From Polyangiaceae bacterium (GTDB lineage Bacteria > Myxococcota_A > Polyangia > Polyangiales > Polyangiaceae), in contig JBGANF010000009.1 of NCBI GenBank assembly GCA_044222475.1, positions 32,001-96,000 of the forward strand: a stretch of DNA of 64,000 nt, written 5' to 3'. Below are positions 1 through 9,674 of the stretch, in pieces; the stretch's first letter is position 1; each line of letters begins with the position of its first letter. The notes beneath the pieces are model-generated. The model made no database searches. It was given only the letters and a program-made list of their open reading frames with translations, and had not been told where the DNA came from. The position numbers and the translations under genes are program-made.

Positions 1-691
1 CGTCCGCGCCGACGTGGAGGCCCTGGAGAGTGGGTTCCTCGCCGTCGACCGCCGCCTCTCGGGCGGCGACGCCCGCGTCGCCGGAGTCGTTCGCATCGCG
101 ACGACCGAGGTCTTCGCCAGCATGTACGTGATCCCGGAGCTCGCGGCGCTCGCCTCGAGACACCCCGGGCTTTCGATCGAGCTGATCGCCGGCATCCGGC
201 CCGTCGATCTCGCGCGCCGAGAGGCGGACATCGCGGTGCGGCTGGGGGCGGCCCCGAAGCAGCCCAACTTGGTCGTGCGCGAGATTGGTGTCGCGCGGTT
301 CGCCCTCTACTGCGCGGCGAGCTACCTCGCGCGACGCGGTCAGCCTCGCTTGCGCGGAGGGCTCCGCGGTCATGCCATCGTCGCCTACGGCGCCGAGATG
401 GCCGACGTTCCGATCTCGCGGTGGCTCCAGGAGCATGCTCACGCCGCAGACGTCGCCTTTCGCGCGAACACGATCGCCGCAGTACACGAAGCCGTGACGG
501 CGGGCCTCGGCCTCGGGGTCTTGCCGTGCGGGGTCGGCGACCGAAATCTCCGCCGCGTCGGGTCCGCGATCGCTGGCGCGAGCCCAGTCCTGACGGTCGT
601 CCACGAGGATCTCGCCCGCACGGCCCGCGTACGCGCCGTCCACGACTTCCTCTCGGACGTGATGCGACGTTCGCGTATGCTGGCGCGATGA
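1..691 (+). CDS. LysR-family transcriptional regulator (5' end outside window)
   Basis: LysR substrate-binding domain motifs GVVRIATTE, HPGLSIELI, DLARREADIAVR, AGLGLGVLP; frame is open to the window edge. Confidence 0.85.
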   Translation, partial: VRADVEALESGFLAVDRRLSGGDARVAGVVRIATTEVFASMYVIPELAALASRHPGLSIELIAGIRPVDLARREADIAVRLGAAPKQPNLVVREIGVARFALYCAASYLARRGQPRLRGGLRGHAIVAYGAEMADVPISRWLQEHAHAADVAFRANTIAAVHEAVTAGLGLGVLPCGVGDRNLRRVGSAIAGASPVLTVVHEDLARTARVRAVHDFLSDVMRRSRMLAR

Positions 692-1119
692 AGCGTATCG
701 GGTTCGTCGTCGCAGCGTGCGTCGTGTGGCTCGGTTGCAAGGGCTCCGCCGCGACCACCGAACCGGCCGCGCCGTCGGCGTCGACCGCGACCACGACGAA
801 CACGACGACCACGGCGACGACGACGACGACCGCGACCGCGCCGAGCGCCGCCGCGAGCACGCCGCCGACGGACACCGTCGGCACGCTCCGGCCCCGCCCG
901 CCGGCGGGCCCGTGCACGTGTGCGCGCATCCAAGTGGGCGGGATCTACCCCCACCAGAACGGGCACGCGATGCAGCGGCACGATCAAGACGTGAAGGTCC
1001 TCAGCGTGGACTCGAGCGCGTGCACGGCGACGTTGAAGGACGTCGCGAGCGGCGCCACGCGAACCGAACGCTGCGATTCGTCGTTCTTCGACGAGCCGTA
1101 CATCAACCCCGCGGGCTGA
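688..1119 (+). CDS. Hypothetical lipoprotein with Thr/Ala-rich linker and small Cys-containing C-terminal domain
   Basis: ATG 688 overlaps the LysR stop (ATGA); MKRIGFVVAACVVWLGC signal/lipobox; poly-Thr linker. Confidence 0.7.
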   Translation: MKRIGFVVAACVVWLGCKGSAATTEPAAPSASTATTTNTTTTATTTTTATAPSAAASTPPTDTVGTLRPRPPAGPCTCARIQVGGIYPHQNGHAMQRHDQDVKVLSVDSSACTATLKDVASGATRTERCDSSFFDEPYINPAG

Positions 1120-1120
1120 C

Positions 1121-2617
1121 TCAGTAGACGAGCGACGCGTCGAGCCCCACGCTCGACTCTCCGTACTCCCGCGTCACCTCGCGCACCGCCGACGTCCGCT
1201 CGCGATGGACGACGTGGAGATCGAGCCCGAGCATCCCGACGCGCAACGCCGCACCTCCTCCGTACGTCACCTCGTGATCGGCGAAGTACACGTAGTCACC
1301 GACGTTCGTTCGATCGTACCCAGCGATGCTGCGGGCCGCGAACAGGCTCATTTCGGCGTGCAGGGCGACGGGGCCGAGGTGCAACGCCAGCGAGGGAACG
1401 AACCGCCCGCCGATCCCGTACGTGTAGCCCTGATCCAGCGCCACCGACGCGACGCCCGACGGCGAGTGCACCGCGCGGTAGTCGTCGATCGCCAACGCAG
1501 TCGGGCTCGCGAACGAGCCCGCCGTCCCCAGCACGAGGTGCAGCTTGGCCGGACCGAAGTGGAGCCACTGATCGAGGCCGATGGTGACCAGATCGAGCGA
1601 CGCGATCCTATCGGCGGCGCTCTGCCGGCGGCGGTCCCATTGGTGGAACGCATATTGGAACCCCAACCCGATCGAGGTCAGCGTCGAGTGGCCCATCAGC
1701 CGATCGGAAGGTCCACGAAGCGACTGCTCCAAGTACGATGCGAGCGCGATCTGGGCTGCGAAGCGCGCGTCGACCGGCTCTCCCTCGGAGAACGTCGCCT
1801 CGATGCCGAGCGACGACACGTTGCCGTCGGTGAGCCACCGCCCCGTCCGACCGCGGCGCTCGTAGCCGGGAGCGTGGACGATGCGGCTCGACAGCGCGAC
1901 GCGGGTGTCGAAATAGTGGTAGCCCGCTTGCGTGGTCGCACCCACCCCCACGGTCGCACGAAGATCGTGGGTCCCCTGCTCTTCCCGCTCGCGCATCACC
2001 GACACTCCGTCGAGCGTGTCGTGCACCTTCGCCGGCGCGCCGAAGATCCACGCGAAGGTCTGCGATCCGGCCGTCTTCGGCGCGCGGTCGAAGAACGCGC
2101 CGAGCTGGACGAGCGCCTCGCCGATGACGAGACCGCCGACCGGCGTCACGATCATGTCGTTGATGCTGACCTGCTCGCGAAACTCGCCGAAGTACTCCCA
2201 CGCGGTGGACGCGGCGAAGGTCACCAAGAACGCCTCGCCGATCCCGAGGCGGTTGGCGCGCGCCGCGGAGTAGTAGAGGAGCCCCGCGACCGGGTGGGTC
2301 ACCCAGTTCGTGTCGAACCGGTTCGTGTCGAACGCAATCGCGCTCCCCGCGATCTTCTTTCCCAGGGTCCCCCACGAGTAGTCGAGATCCCAGTCCGCCG
2401 AATTACTTGTAGTCTGCAAATACTGGAGATACCCCGCACCGAGGAGGCCGATCTCCTCCAGCGCGACGCGAACCGGGTTCTTCGAGACCGGCAGGGCGTA
2501 GCGAAACGTCCGATCGGGCGCCGCCCACCCGTCCGCGCTCGGCTCCGCCGCGCGCGCGGGCGACGAGCCCGCGAGCACGAGCGCGAGCGCAAGGAGGCAG
2601 GGGGCCCCGCGGCGCAT
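1121..2617 (-). CDS. DUF3943-like exported/outer-membrane protein
   Basis: Signal peptide MRRGAPCLLALALVLAGSSPARA; motifs FDTNRFDTNWVTHPVAGLLYYSAARAN, WEYFGEFREQVSINDMIVTP; beta-strand-rich C-half ending in Tyr. Confidence 0.7.
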   Translation of the reverse strand: MRRGAPCLLALALVLAGSSPARAAEPSADGWAAPDRTFRYALPVSKNPVRVALEEIGLLGAGYLQYLQTTSNSADWDLDYSWGTLGKKIAGSAIAFDTNRFDTNWVTHPVAGLLYYSAARANRLGIGEAFLVTFAASTAWEYFGEFREQVSINDMIVTPVGGLVIGEALVQLGAFFDRAPKTAGSQTFAWIFGAPAKVHDTLDGVSVMREREEQGTHDLRATVGVGATTQAGYHYFDTRVALSSRIVHAPGYERRGRTGRWLTDGNVSSLGIEATFSEGEPVDARFAAQIALASYLEQSLRGPSDRLMGHSTLTSIGLGFQYAFHQWDRRRQSAADRIASLDLVTIGLDQWLHFGPAKLHLVLGTAGSFASPTALAIDDYRAVHSPSGVASVALDQGYTYGIGGRFVPSLALHLGPVALHAEMSLFAARSIAGYDRTNVGDYVYFADHEVTYGGGAALRVGMLGLDLHVVHRERTSAVREVTREYGESSVGLDASLVY

Positions 2618-2619
2618 GA

Positions 2620-3753
2620 TCAGAACACTCCGCTCAGACCTGCCTGCGCCCCGCCGGAGACCGGCGCGAGGACCGGCTGCACGCTCACCGCCGCGGCCTT
2701 GGTCGCGCTCGGTCCGAGGTCGCGCTGCATTCCAGAGGTCGCGATCCACGTGAGGGTGAGACCGGTCGCGGCCCCGAGCGACGCGATCCCGAGCGCGGCG
2801 CGCTGGTCTGCGTCGCTCTGGGTCGCCAGCGCGTAGATCCCGAGCGAGAGCAACCCGCCGGCGACGCCTCCGAGGTCGACGAAGCGCATCCTCGCGACGC
2901 TCGGCGAGAGCGTCGGGCCGAGCGCGAGCCCGGTGACGAGTCCCGCGTTGTAGCCCAGGCCGCCGACGAGGAAGAGGCTCTCGGTGCGGCGATCGCCGTA
3001 CGGGAGGATCGCCCCGCTGATGCCAGCAGCGAGCAGGCCGCCCCACATCGTCGCGGAGGCGCTGAAGGCGACGCGACCGGGCGTCGGCTGGCGCGCGTAC
3101 CCGATCAACGTCGAGGTGACGGCTCCGACGGTCGCCATCGACCAGAGGACGGCGGCGTCGGTGGCGGTGCTCCACCGTGTCTCGAAGCCCGTCGTGTTGC
3201 GGATCCGCGACGCGCGCGAGTGCTGCATCGCGAGGACCCAGATCCCTTCGCCGAGGCCGAGGTAGAGCCCCGTCGCGATCGATTGGGGTACGCCGCGAGG
3301 AAACTCCGCGTAGCGGTCGACGAGCGCGACGGCTCCGACGGCGCCGAGGGTGAACCCGGCGAACGGCAGCATCGCCGCGAGCACGTTGTTCGGCGCCGTC
3401 TCGAGGACGAACCACGCCGAAGTGCCGACGCCGTACGCGAAGGCGCTCGTGTAGAGGAGCATCATCTCCTCGGGAGATCGCCGCTTCGTGTCGGTCGGCG
3501 CGGCGAGCATCGCGCGGCAGACGCTGCTCAGCTCCGTGGCGAGCGTGCGATCGGTCGCGTCGACCGCCGTCGTGGCGAGCTCGTCGAGCTCGACGATCGC
3601 GGGGATGCAATCGCCTCGGGTCACCTTCGTCTTCGCGGCGTCGTACCGAGCGCGCCACGCGACGCGAGGGGCTTCGTCGGCGCGGGCATGGCCGACTCCG
3701 AGGACGAGGAAGGTCGCGACGAGGCCGGCGGAAAGAAGGCGATGCGGTTTCAA
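2620..3753 (-). CDS. Hypothetical membrane protein (signal peptide, Gly-rich hydrophobic helices)
   Basis: TTG start overlaps the upstream stop (TTGA); signal peptide ending GHARA; multiple GxxxG hydrophobic segments; C-terminal GAQAGLSGVF. Confidence 0.65.
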   Translation of the reverse strand: MKPHRLLSAGLVATFLVLGVGHARADEAPRVAWRARYDAAKTKVTRGDCIPAIVELDELATTAVDATDRTLATELSSVCRAMLAAPTDTKRRSPEEMMLLYTSAFAYGVGTSAWFVLETAPNNVLAAMLPFAGFTLGAVGAVALVDRYAEFPRGVPQSIATGLYLGLGEGIWVLAMQHSRASRIRNTTGFETRWSTATDAAVLWSMATVGAVTSTLIGYARQPTPGRVAFSASATMWGGLLAAGISGAILPYGDRRTESLFLVGGLGYNAGLVTGLALGPTLSPSVARMRFVDLGGVAGGLLSLGIYALATQSDADQRAALGIASLGAATGLTLTWIATSGMQRDLGPSATKAAAVSVQPVLAPVSGGAQAGLSGVF

Positions 3754-5297
3754 AATCTTGCTCCGATCGAGAACGTGATCGTGTTTTCGCGGCGAGAGTC
3801 TGCGGTGTCGCCCACGGTGCCGGATCGCACGAGGCTCGTCGCCTCGGCAGAGACGCGGACGTGCGGCACACGGAAGAGGTAGCCGAGCGAAGCGCGGTAG
3901 CGCACTCGCCGGTCCGAGCGGGGGACGTCGTGGGTGAGCTTCGCTTCGTCGTCGTCGAGCCCGAGGATCGCGTGCCAGTCGTCGACCGCGACCTCCCCCG
4001 CGAGCTCGAGATCGTACACTGCCAGCTCGAGCGACGTCGCGATCGAGGGCCCGGCGGCGAAGTAGTAGCCCTCCTTGCGGAGGACCAACGGCAGGTCGTT
4101 GGGGGCCCTCTGCGCTACGTACGCACCGAGGGCGTACGCGTGGGCCCCGACGAAGTCGGCGCCGAGCTGCGCGCGAGCGCGCATGCGGAAAGGACCGCTC
4201 TCGCGAGTGTACTCGCCCGAGACGCCGAGCACGGTGACGCGCGCCGACTGGTCCAACGTGCGGGCGCGATCGCGATCGTAGTCGTGGACGCCGTACTCGA
4301 AGCCTACGTACACGCCGGCGAGCGCGCCTTCCCCACGAACGCGCCCGCTGCGATCGAGCCACCCGCTCCTCGCGTAGTACCCGGCGAGCGTCGCTTGGGT
4401 GCTGAACCTCGCATCGACGAGGTGCCCGCCGGACATGCCCGCGTCGAAGCGGAGGCGCGCGAGGTTGCCGTCGGCGAACGAGCGCGAGTGCTTCCCGACG
4501 CCCCCGTAGTCCGGGAGGTTGATCACCTCTGCGTCGAGGTGCAGCCGCTGATCGAAGTACGCCGATGGCGAGCCCTGTTGCCACGTCGCCCCGGCGCCGA
4601 GCGAGAAGTCGAAGCGATGCCACACGTCGGTGGGGAAGCCGAGGTCGTCGAACGTCGACGACCGATCGGGCGCGAGGCCGTCCAGCTGCTCGTGGATGAA
4701 CCTCGGCGGGCAGAAGAACGCCTGCAGGATCCCGTTTGCGACGTTGCGGCGGCCGCGAGAGAAGAACCCGCCGAGCTGGTTCAACACCTCGCCGTTCGAG
4801 AGGCCAGCCCACGGAGTGACGATCATGTCGTTGTAGCTGGGCTTCTCGGTGATCTCGCCGAGCATCTCCCAGATGAGCGATCCGGTGAACGCCCAGCCGA
4901 ACGACGGCAGGAGGGTGAGCCGGTTCGAGCGCGCCGACAGGTAGTAGAGCGTGCCGCCCAGAGGGTGCCCGATGAAGTTCGTGTTGAAGTGGTTGATGTC
5001 GAACGACTGCGCGTTGCCTCCCAGCTTGTCGTGGAAGATGGACCAGTCGTACGGCGGGGCCACCGAGCTCCGGCTCGCTTTGGTGCTCACGAGGTACTCC
5101 AGGAAGCCGATGCCGAGCACTCCGACGCCTTCGAGGACGGCGCGGAAGTAGTCCTTCGGGTACGGCGTCGTGTACCGGAAGGCATCGGCCCGGTCGTCCC
5201 CGTCGCTCACGACGATCGGGTTGGCTGCCTTCGCCTCACGGGTCGCCAGCAAGACCGAGAAGACCGAGGCGAGGACCGACCAGCGGGCGAACGACAC
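3750..5297 (-). CDS. DUF3943-like exported/outer-membrane protein (paralog of 1121-2617)
   Basis: FDINHFNTNFIGHPLGGTLYYLSARSN, WEMLGEITEKPSYNDMIVTP; C-terminal Phe; start uncertain (5297 or 5378). Confidence 0.7.
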   Translation of the reverse strand: MSFARWSVLASVFSVLLATREAKAANPIVVSDGDDRADAFRYTTPYPKDYFRAVLEGVGVLGIGFLEYLVSTKASRSSVAPPYDWSIFHDKLGGNAQSFDINHFNTNFIGHPLGGTLYYLSARSNRLTLLPSFGWAFTGSLIWEMLGEITEKPSYNDMIVTPWAGLSNGEVLNQLGGFFSRGRRNVANGILQAFFCPPRFIHEQLDGLAPDRSSTFDDLGFPTDVWHRFDFSLGAGATWQQGSPSAYFDQRLHLDAEVINLPDYGGVGKHSRSFADGNLARLRFDAGMSGGHLVDARFSTQATLAGYYARSGWLDRSGRVRGEGALAGVYVGFEYGVHDYDRDRARTLDQSARVTVLGVSGEYTRESGPFRMRARAQLGADFVGAHAYALGAYVAQRAPNDLPLVLRKEGYYFAAGPSIATSLELAVYDLELAGEVAVDDWHAILGLDDDEAKLTHDVPRSDRRVRYRASLGYLFRVPHVRVSAEATSLVRSGTVGDTADSRRENTITFSIGARF

Positions 5298-5396
5298 GAA
5301 CCCGCCATCTGCATGGACCGTGCTCAGCCCGTTTCCTCGTCGCGCCGCGTCGTCCGGCGCAAGCATTGCTCCGGGCACGCGCAGAAGATGCGCGAC

Positions 5397-6602
5397 TCAC
5401 TTCACGAAACGAAACCCGCTCGGGGACTGGATCGCCACGTGGAGCGACCCGTAGTTGAGCGTCGGCGTCCCCTCGGCCTCGATGACCCGGCCGCGCAGCG
5501 CGTAGAGCTTCTCCCGACTCGTCCCACCCACGATGCCGAGGAGGACCTCGACGACGACGGTGGTGATGGTCTTCCCTCGCGGTGCCTCGAGCGTGAGGTA
5601 CGCGAAGCCCATGTCGCTCGCGCTCGCGATCGTCCCGCGAAGGAGCACTGGCTTGCCGACGTTCGCGATCAGCGCCGCCTCGTCGGTCGCGTCGACGATG
5701 GCCCGCGGCATCGTCGTGAAGGTCGACATGCGCGTCGTGAGTACGCCGTTCCACGTCGCGGTGATCATCGCGGTGTAGCGCGTCGACGTCTTCAACGGCT
5801 CCTTCGGGATGAGCGCGACGATGCCGGGCTGGTCGTTGTACTTGCTGGCCGGCTGCTCGGGGGACGAGAAGAAGAACGGCACGGGCTGACCCGCGCCGTC
5901 GACGAGCGTCGCGCTCGCGCCGGTCAGCGGCTCGTACGCGGGGAAGTTCAGCGTGATGGGGTGACCGGCGAAGACGACCGGCGGCGGGATCGGGTTCGGC
6001 TCTTCGCGCACCATGTCCACCGGTACGTCGACTTGTCCGTTCGCCGGGTACACGACCGGAAACGCCGACGGCGGCGCGCTCCCCCACACGAACTGCAGCG
6101 CGAAGGCGAAGCGACCTCCAGCGGGGAGCGGCGCGTATCCGATGCCGACCGTCTGCACGTTGGGCGCGATGATGGGTCGGCGGTGGTAGACGCTCGCCAT
6201 CCAACCGTGCACGGCGTGCACGGGATCGTCGATGTTCGGATAGAGGTCCGCCGCTCGCCCGCAGGCCGCACCTTCGGGCGTCGCGCCGGGCAACGTCGGA
6301 TCCTGGTGGTGCGCGTTGATGCTGTAGAGCTGCGGCTTGCCGCGGTTCTCCACCATGTACGCGGCGTGCTCGCGACAGCCCTTGCTGAGCGACGGGTCCA
6401 TCGCGACCGGCGGCACGCCGGCCGCCGCGCGATACGCGTTCACGGCGGTGAGCATCCTGCCCTCGAAGCTGCTCGGGTCCGGCGGCGGAAACGCGGGGGC
6501 CTGAGGCGGCGGCGGCGCCTGTACCGCCGGCGCGCGTGGCGGCGCGGAACCTCCTCCGCACGCGATGCAACCGAGAACGAGAACGCGCGCGATCCGTCGC
6601 AC
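5397..6602 (-). CDS. CAP/SCP-domain lipoprotein
   Basis: Lipobox IACGG; AVNAYRAAAGVPPV, HAAYM, WMASVYHRRPII, VGIGY are CAP-domain hallmarks. Confidence 0.8.
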   Translation of the reverse strand: MRRIARVLVLGCIACGGGSAPPRAPAVQAPPPPQAPAFPPPDPSSFEGRMLTAVNAYRAAAGVPPVAMDPSLSKGCREHAAYMVENRGKPQLYSINAHHQDPTLPGATPEGAACGRAADLYPNIDDPVHAVHGWMASVYHRRPIIAPNVQTVGIGYAPLPAGGRFAFALQFVWGSAPPSAFPVVYPANGQVDVPVDMVREEPNPIPPPVVFAGHPITLNFPAYEPLTGASATLVDGAGQPVPFFFSSPEQPASKYNDQPGIVALIPKEPLKTSTRYTAMITATWNGVLTTRMSTFTTMPRAIVDATDEAALIANVGKPVLLRGTIASASDMGFAYLTLEAPRGKTITTVVVEVLLGIVGGTSREKLYALRGRVIEAEGTPTLNYGSLHVAIQSPSGFRFVK

Positions 6603-6646
6603 CCATCGATCGTACGACACTTTCGAACTTCCCGTATCGTAGCGGG

Positions 6647-8050
6647 ATGCGCGCCGGCCCGTGGCTCGCCGCCGCCGCCCTCGCGATCCTCGCGTTCGCG
6701 ACGCCGGCTGCAGCCGAGCCGATCACGAAGAGCGACTACACGCTGGAGTACTTCCAGGGTCCGGTCACGAGCTCGAGCCGCGTCATCGGTCTCGCCGGCG
6801 CGTTCACCGCGATCGCCGAGTGGTGCGAGGGCGAGTACGCCAACGCGGCGTCTCCGGCGGCGCGCCCGCGCTCGAGCCTGCGCGCCTTCGACTACGATCT
6901 ATGTCTCGGCTTCACGACGCCGGGCGCGTTCGGAGGGAACGACTTCGAGAACGCCGGAAGTCAGTCGAAGTCGTCTCGATTCCTCGACTCCACGACGCTG
7001 AACCTCGGGCTGCAGATCATCTATCGCATGTTCGGGGCCACGCTGAACTTCGACGCATACACCCTCGGCGTCGTCACCGGCGGCCCGGCGGCGACGCGTA
7101 CCGACATCGGTATCAACCGCTTCACGACGTCGGCCGCGGTGTCGCTCCTCGGCGGTCAGCTTCTCCTCGGCGCGGGCATGAGGACCGCATCGCTCGTCGT
7201 CGACGAGACCCTCGGCGACGCGACGGCGCGCGAGATCGACCGCGGAGGAGTCGGGTTTCAACTCGGTGCCATCGCGGCCCCGCACTCGCTCCCGTTTCGG
7301 GTCGGCTTCACGGCGCGCGGCCCGATCGCGATCGACGGCACCGAAGGTCAAGCGGGTGGGAAGATCCTCCCGCAGCGCATCGTCCTCCCTTGGGAGCTCG
7401 AGGTCGGCGGCGCGCTCGAGCTCGGGGCTCGCACGTTCAACACCGCGTGGGTCGACCCGGCGATCGAAGAGGACGTGATCCGCGCGCGTTACCGCTCACG
7501 CATCCGCGCTCGCCTCGACCAGCGCAACCGCATCCTCGCCGCCACGCCGCCAGCCGAACGCAAGCAGAAGAAGGAGGCGCTGGAGCGCGCGGACAAGGCC
7601 GCCGACGACAAAGACGACGACGAAATGGACGCCGAGGTCGCCGCCCTCCGCAAGTGGCGCACCGGCATGCGCCACACCGAGAAGCGCCAGACCGCGATCC
7701 TCATGGCGAGCCTCCTGTTCACCGGTGCGGTGGCGAACGCAGTCAGCATCACCGGGTTCATCGATCAGCAGCGAATCCCGTACGGCGGGCGCCTCTCGGT
7801 CTCGCCGCGCATCGGCCTCGAGGGCGAGCTCATCAAGAACTGGGTCATGGTTCGCGCAGGGTCGTACCTCGAACCGTCGCTCTTCGCCGACGTGCCGTAC
7901 CGCGCGCACTTCACCGGCGGCTTCGATCTCAAGCTCTTCGTGTTCAACCCGTTCGGGATCTTCGGGGCCGACCCGTGGCGCATCCGCGTCGCCGTGGACG
8001 TGGCGTCGCGCTACTTCAACACGTCGTTCTCGCTCGGAAAGTACTATTGA
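6647..8050 (+). CDS. Hypothetical outer-membrane beta-barrel-like protein
   Basis: Signal peptide ending TPAAA; SSRVIGLAGAFTAIAE resembles the N-terminal motif of FadL/PorV-like barrels; charged helical insertion; aromatic C-terminus. Confidence 0.6.
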   Translation: MRAGPWLAAAALAILAFATPAAAEPITKSDYTLEYFQGPVTSSSRVIGLAGAFTAIAEWCEGEYANAASPAARPRSSLRAFDYDLCLGFTTPGAFGGNDFENAGSQSKSSRFLDSTTLNLGLQIIYRMFGATLNFDAYTLGVVTGGPAATRTDIGINRFTTSAAVSLLGGQLLLGAGMRTASLVVDETLGDATAREIDRGGVGFQLGAIAAPHSLPFRVGFTARGPIAIDGTEGQAGGKILPQRIVLPWELEVGGALELGARTFNTAWVDPAIEEDVIRARYRSRIRARLDQRNRILAATPPAERKQKKEALERADKAADDKDDDEMDAEVAALRKWRTGMRHTEKRQTAILMASLLFTGAVANAVSITGFIDQQRIPYGGRLSVSPRIGLEGELIKNWVMVRAGSYLEPSLFADVPYRAHFTGGFDLKLFVFNPFGIFGADPWRIRVAVDVASRYFNTSFSLGKYY

Positions 8051-8061
8051 GGTCGGCCCCC

Positions 8062-9642
8062 ATGGAAACCCCGCTCACGCCTCTCGAGTTCATGCGCCGC
8101 ACGCGACGTCTCCACGCTGCACGCGAGGCCGTCGTCGACGGCGACCTTCGGCTCACCTACGCGCAGTTCTTCGATCGCTGCGACCGTTGGTCGAAGGTGC
8201 TCCAGGGTCTCGGGGTGAAGAAGGGCGACCGCGTCGCGTACGTCGCGCCGAACACCCACGCTCAGTTGGAGTCGTTCTACGCCGTGCCCCAGATCGGCGC
8301 GGTCGTCGTGCCGATCAACTACCGACTCACCGCCGACGACTTCGCGTACATCATCGCGCATTCCGGGGCGAAGGTCGTGTGCGCGCACCCCGACTACGTC
8401 GCCATGCTCGACGGGGTCCGCGACCGACTTCCCGGAGTCACGCACTTCGTCGCGCTCGAGAGCAGCGCGTCGGAGCACGCGTGGCTCGACTACGAAGCGG
8501 CGATCTCGGCTGCGTCGACGGACTTCGCGCGCCCGGAGATCGCCGAGACGGACCTCCTCACGATCAACTACACGAGCGGCACGACGGCGCGCCCCAAGGG
8601 CGTCATGATCACGCACCGCAACGCGTACCTCAACGCCGTCGGCACGCTGCTTCATGCGCCGATGACGTGCGGCGATCGATACCTATGGACGCTCCCGATG
8701 TTCCACGCGAACGGGTGGACCTTCACGTGGATCGTGACCGCGGTCGGCGCGAAGCACGTCTGCCTGCGCAAGGTCGAGCCCGCGAAGATCTTCGCCGAGC
8801 TCGCGCGCGAGGGCATCACGATGCTGTGCGCCGCTCCCACGGTGCTGATCGGCGTCGCGAACGCTCCCGACGACGTGCGCCGGGGCGCGCCTCGCGGCGT
8901 TCGAGTCCTCACCGCCGGCGCTCCGCCGGCCGCGGCGACGATCGCGCGGGTCGAGGGCGAGCTCGGCTGGGACATCCTCCACGTCTACGGTCTCACCGAG
9001 ACGGCACCCTTCATCACCGTGTGCGAACCGCGCCCCGAGCACGCGGCGCTCACGCCCGAAGCCCGCGCGACGGTGAAGGCCCGCCAAGGCGTGGAGCTCC
9101 TCACGTCCGGCGAGCTCCTCGTCGTCGACGAAGAGGGCCGCGAGGTCCCTCACGACGGCAAGACCGTCGGCGAGATCGTGGTCCGGGGCAACGTCGTGAT
9201 GAAGGGCTACTTCGACGATCCCGAGGCGACCGACCTCGCCCTGCGCGGCGGCTACTTTCACTCGGGTGACGCCGCCGTGGTTCACCCCGACGGCTACGCG
9301 GAGGTGCGCGATCGCATCAAGGACGTCATCATCAGCGGCGGCGAGAACATCTCGTCCGTCGAGGTCGAGGGCGTGCTCCTGCAACACGCCGCGATTCAGG
9401 AGGTCGCCGTCGTCGGGATGCCGAGCGAGAAGTGGGGCGAGTCTCCCCACGCGTTCCTCGTCCTGCGCGCCGGCGCGACCGCGCCGCCCGAGGCCGAGCT
9501 CCGCGCGTTCGTGCGCGAGCGCTTGGCGCACTTCAAGTGCCCTCAAGGCTTCCACGTCGTCGCCGAGCTCCCGAAGACGGCGACCGGGAAGGTTCAGAAG
9601 TTCGTCCTTCGAGGGAGACGAGCGGGAATCACGGCGCAGTGA
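8062..9642 (+). CDS. Acyl-CoA synthetase (AMP-forming)
   Basis: YTSGTTARPKG, YGLTET, FHSGD, DRIKDVIISGGENISS, PKTATGK. Confidence 0.92.
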   Translation: METPLTPLEFMRRTRRLHAAREAVVDGDLRLTYAQFFDRCDRWSKVLQGLGVKKGDRVAYVAPNTHAQLESFYAVPQIGAVVVPINYRLTADDFAYIIAHSGAKVVCAHPDYVAMLDGVRDRLPGVTHFVALESSASEHAWLDYEAAISAASTDFARPEIAETDLLTINYTSGTTARPKGVMITHRNAYLNAVGTLLHAPMTCGDRYLWTLPMFHANGWTFTWIVTAVGAKHVCLRKVEPAKIFAELAREGITMLCAAPTVLIGVANAPDDVRRGAPRGVRVLTAGAPPAAATIARVEGELGWDILHVYGLTETAPFITVCEPRPEHAALTPEARATVKARQGVELLTSGELLVVDEEGREVPHDGKTVGEIVVRGNVVMKGYFDDPEATDLALRGGYFHSGDAAVVHPDGYAEVRDRIKDVIISGGENISSVEVEGVLLQHAAIQEVAVVGMPSEKWGESPHAFLVLRAGATAPPEAELRAFVRERLAHFKCPQGFHVVAELPKTATGKVQKFVLRGRRAGITAQ

Positions 9643-9651
9643 GCGGGGCCG

Positions 9652-9671
9652 CCCCGGACTGAAGTCCGGGG
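9652..9671. terminator. GC-rich hairpin between convergent genes (bidirectional terminator or REP-like)
   Basis: CCCCGGAC-TGAA-GTCCGGGG perfect 8-bp stem in the 32-bp gap between convergent stops; no U-tract. Confidence 0.5.
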
Positions 9672-9674
9672 TGC

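Noticed and set aside
780..870. (ACG/ACC)n repeat
   Set aside because: Encodes the poly-Thr linker of a lipoprotein.
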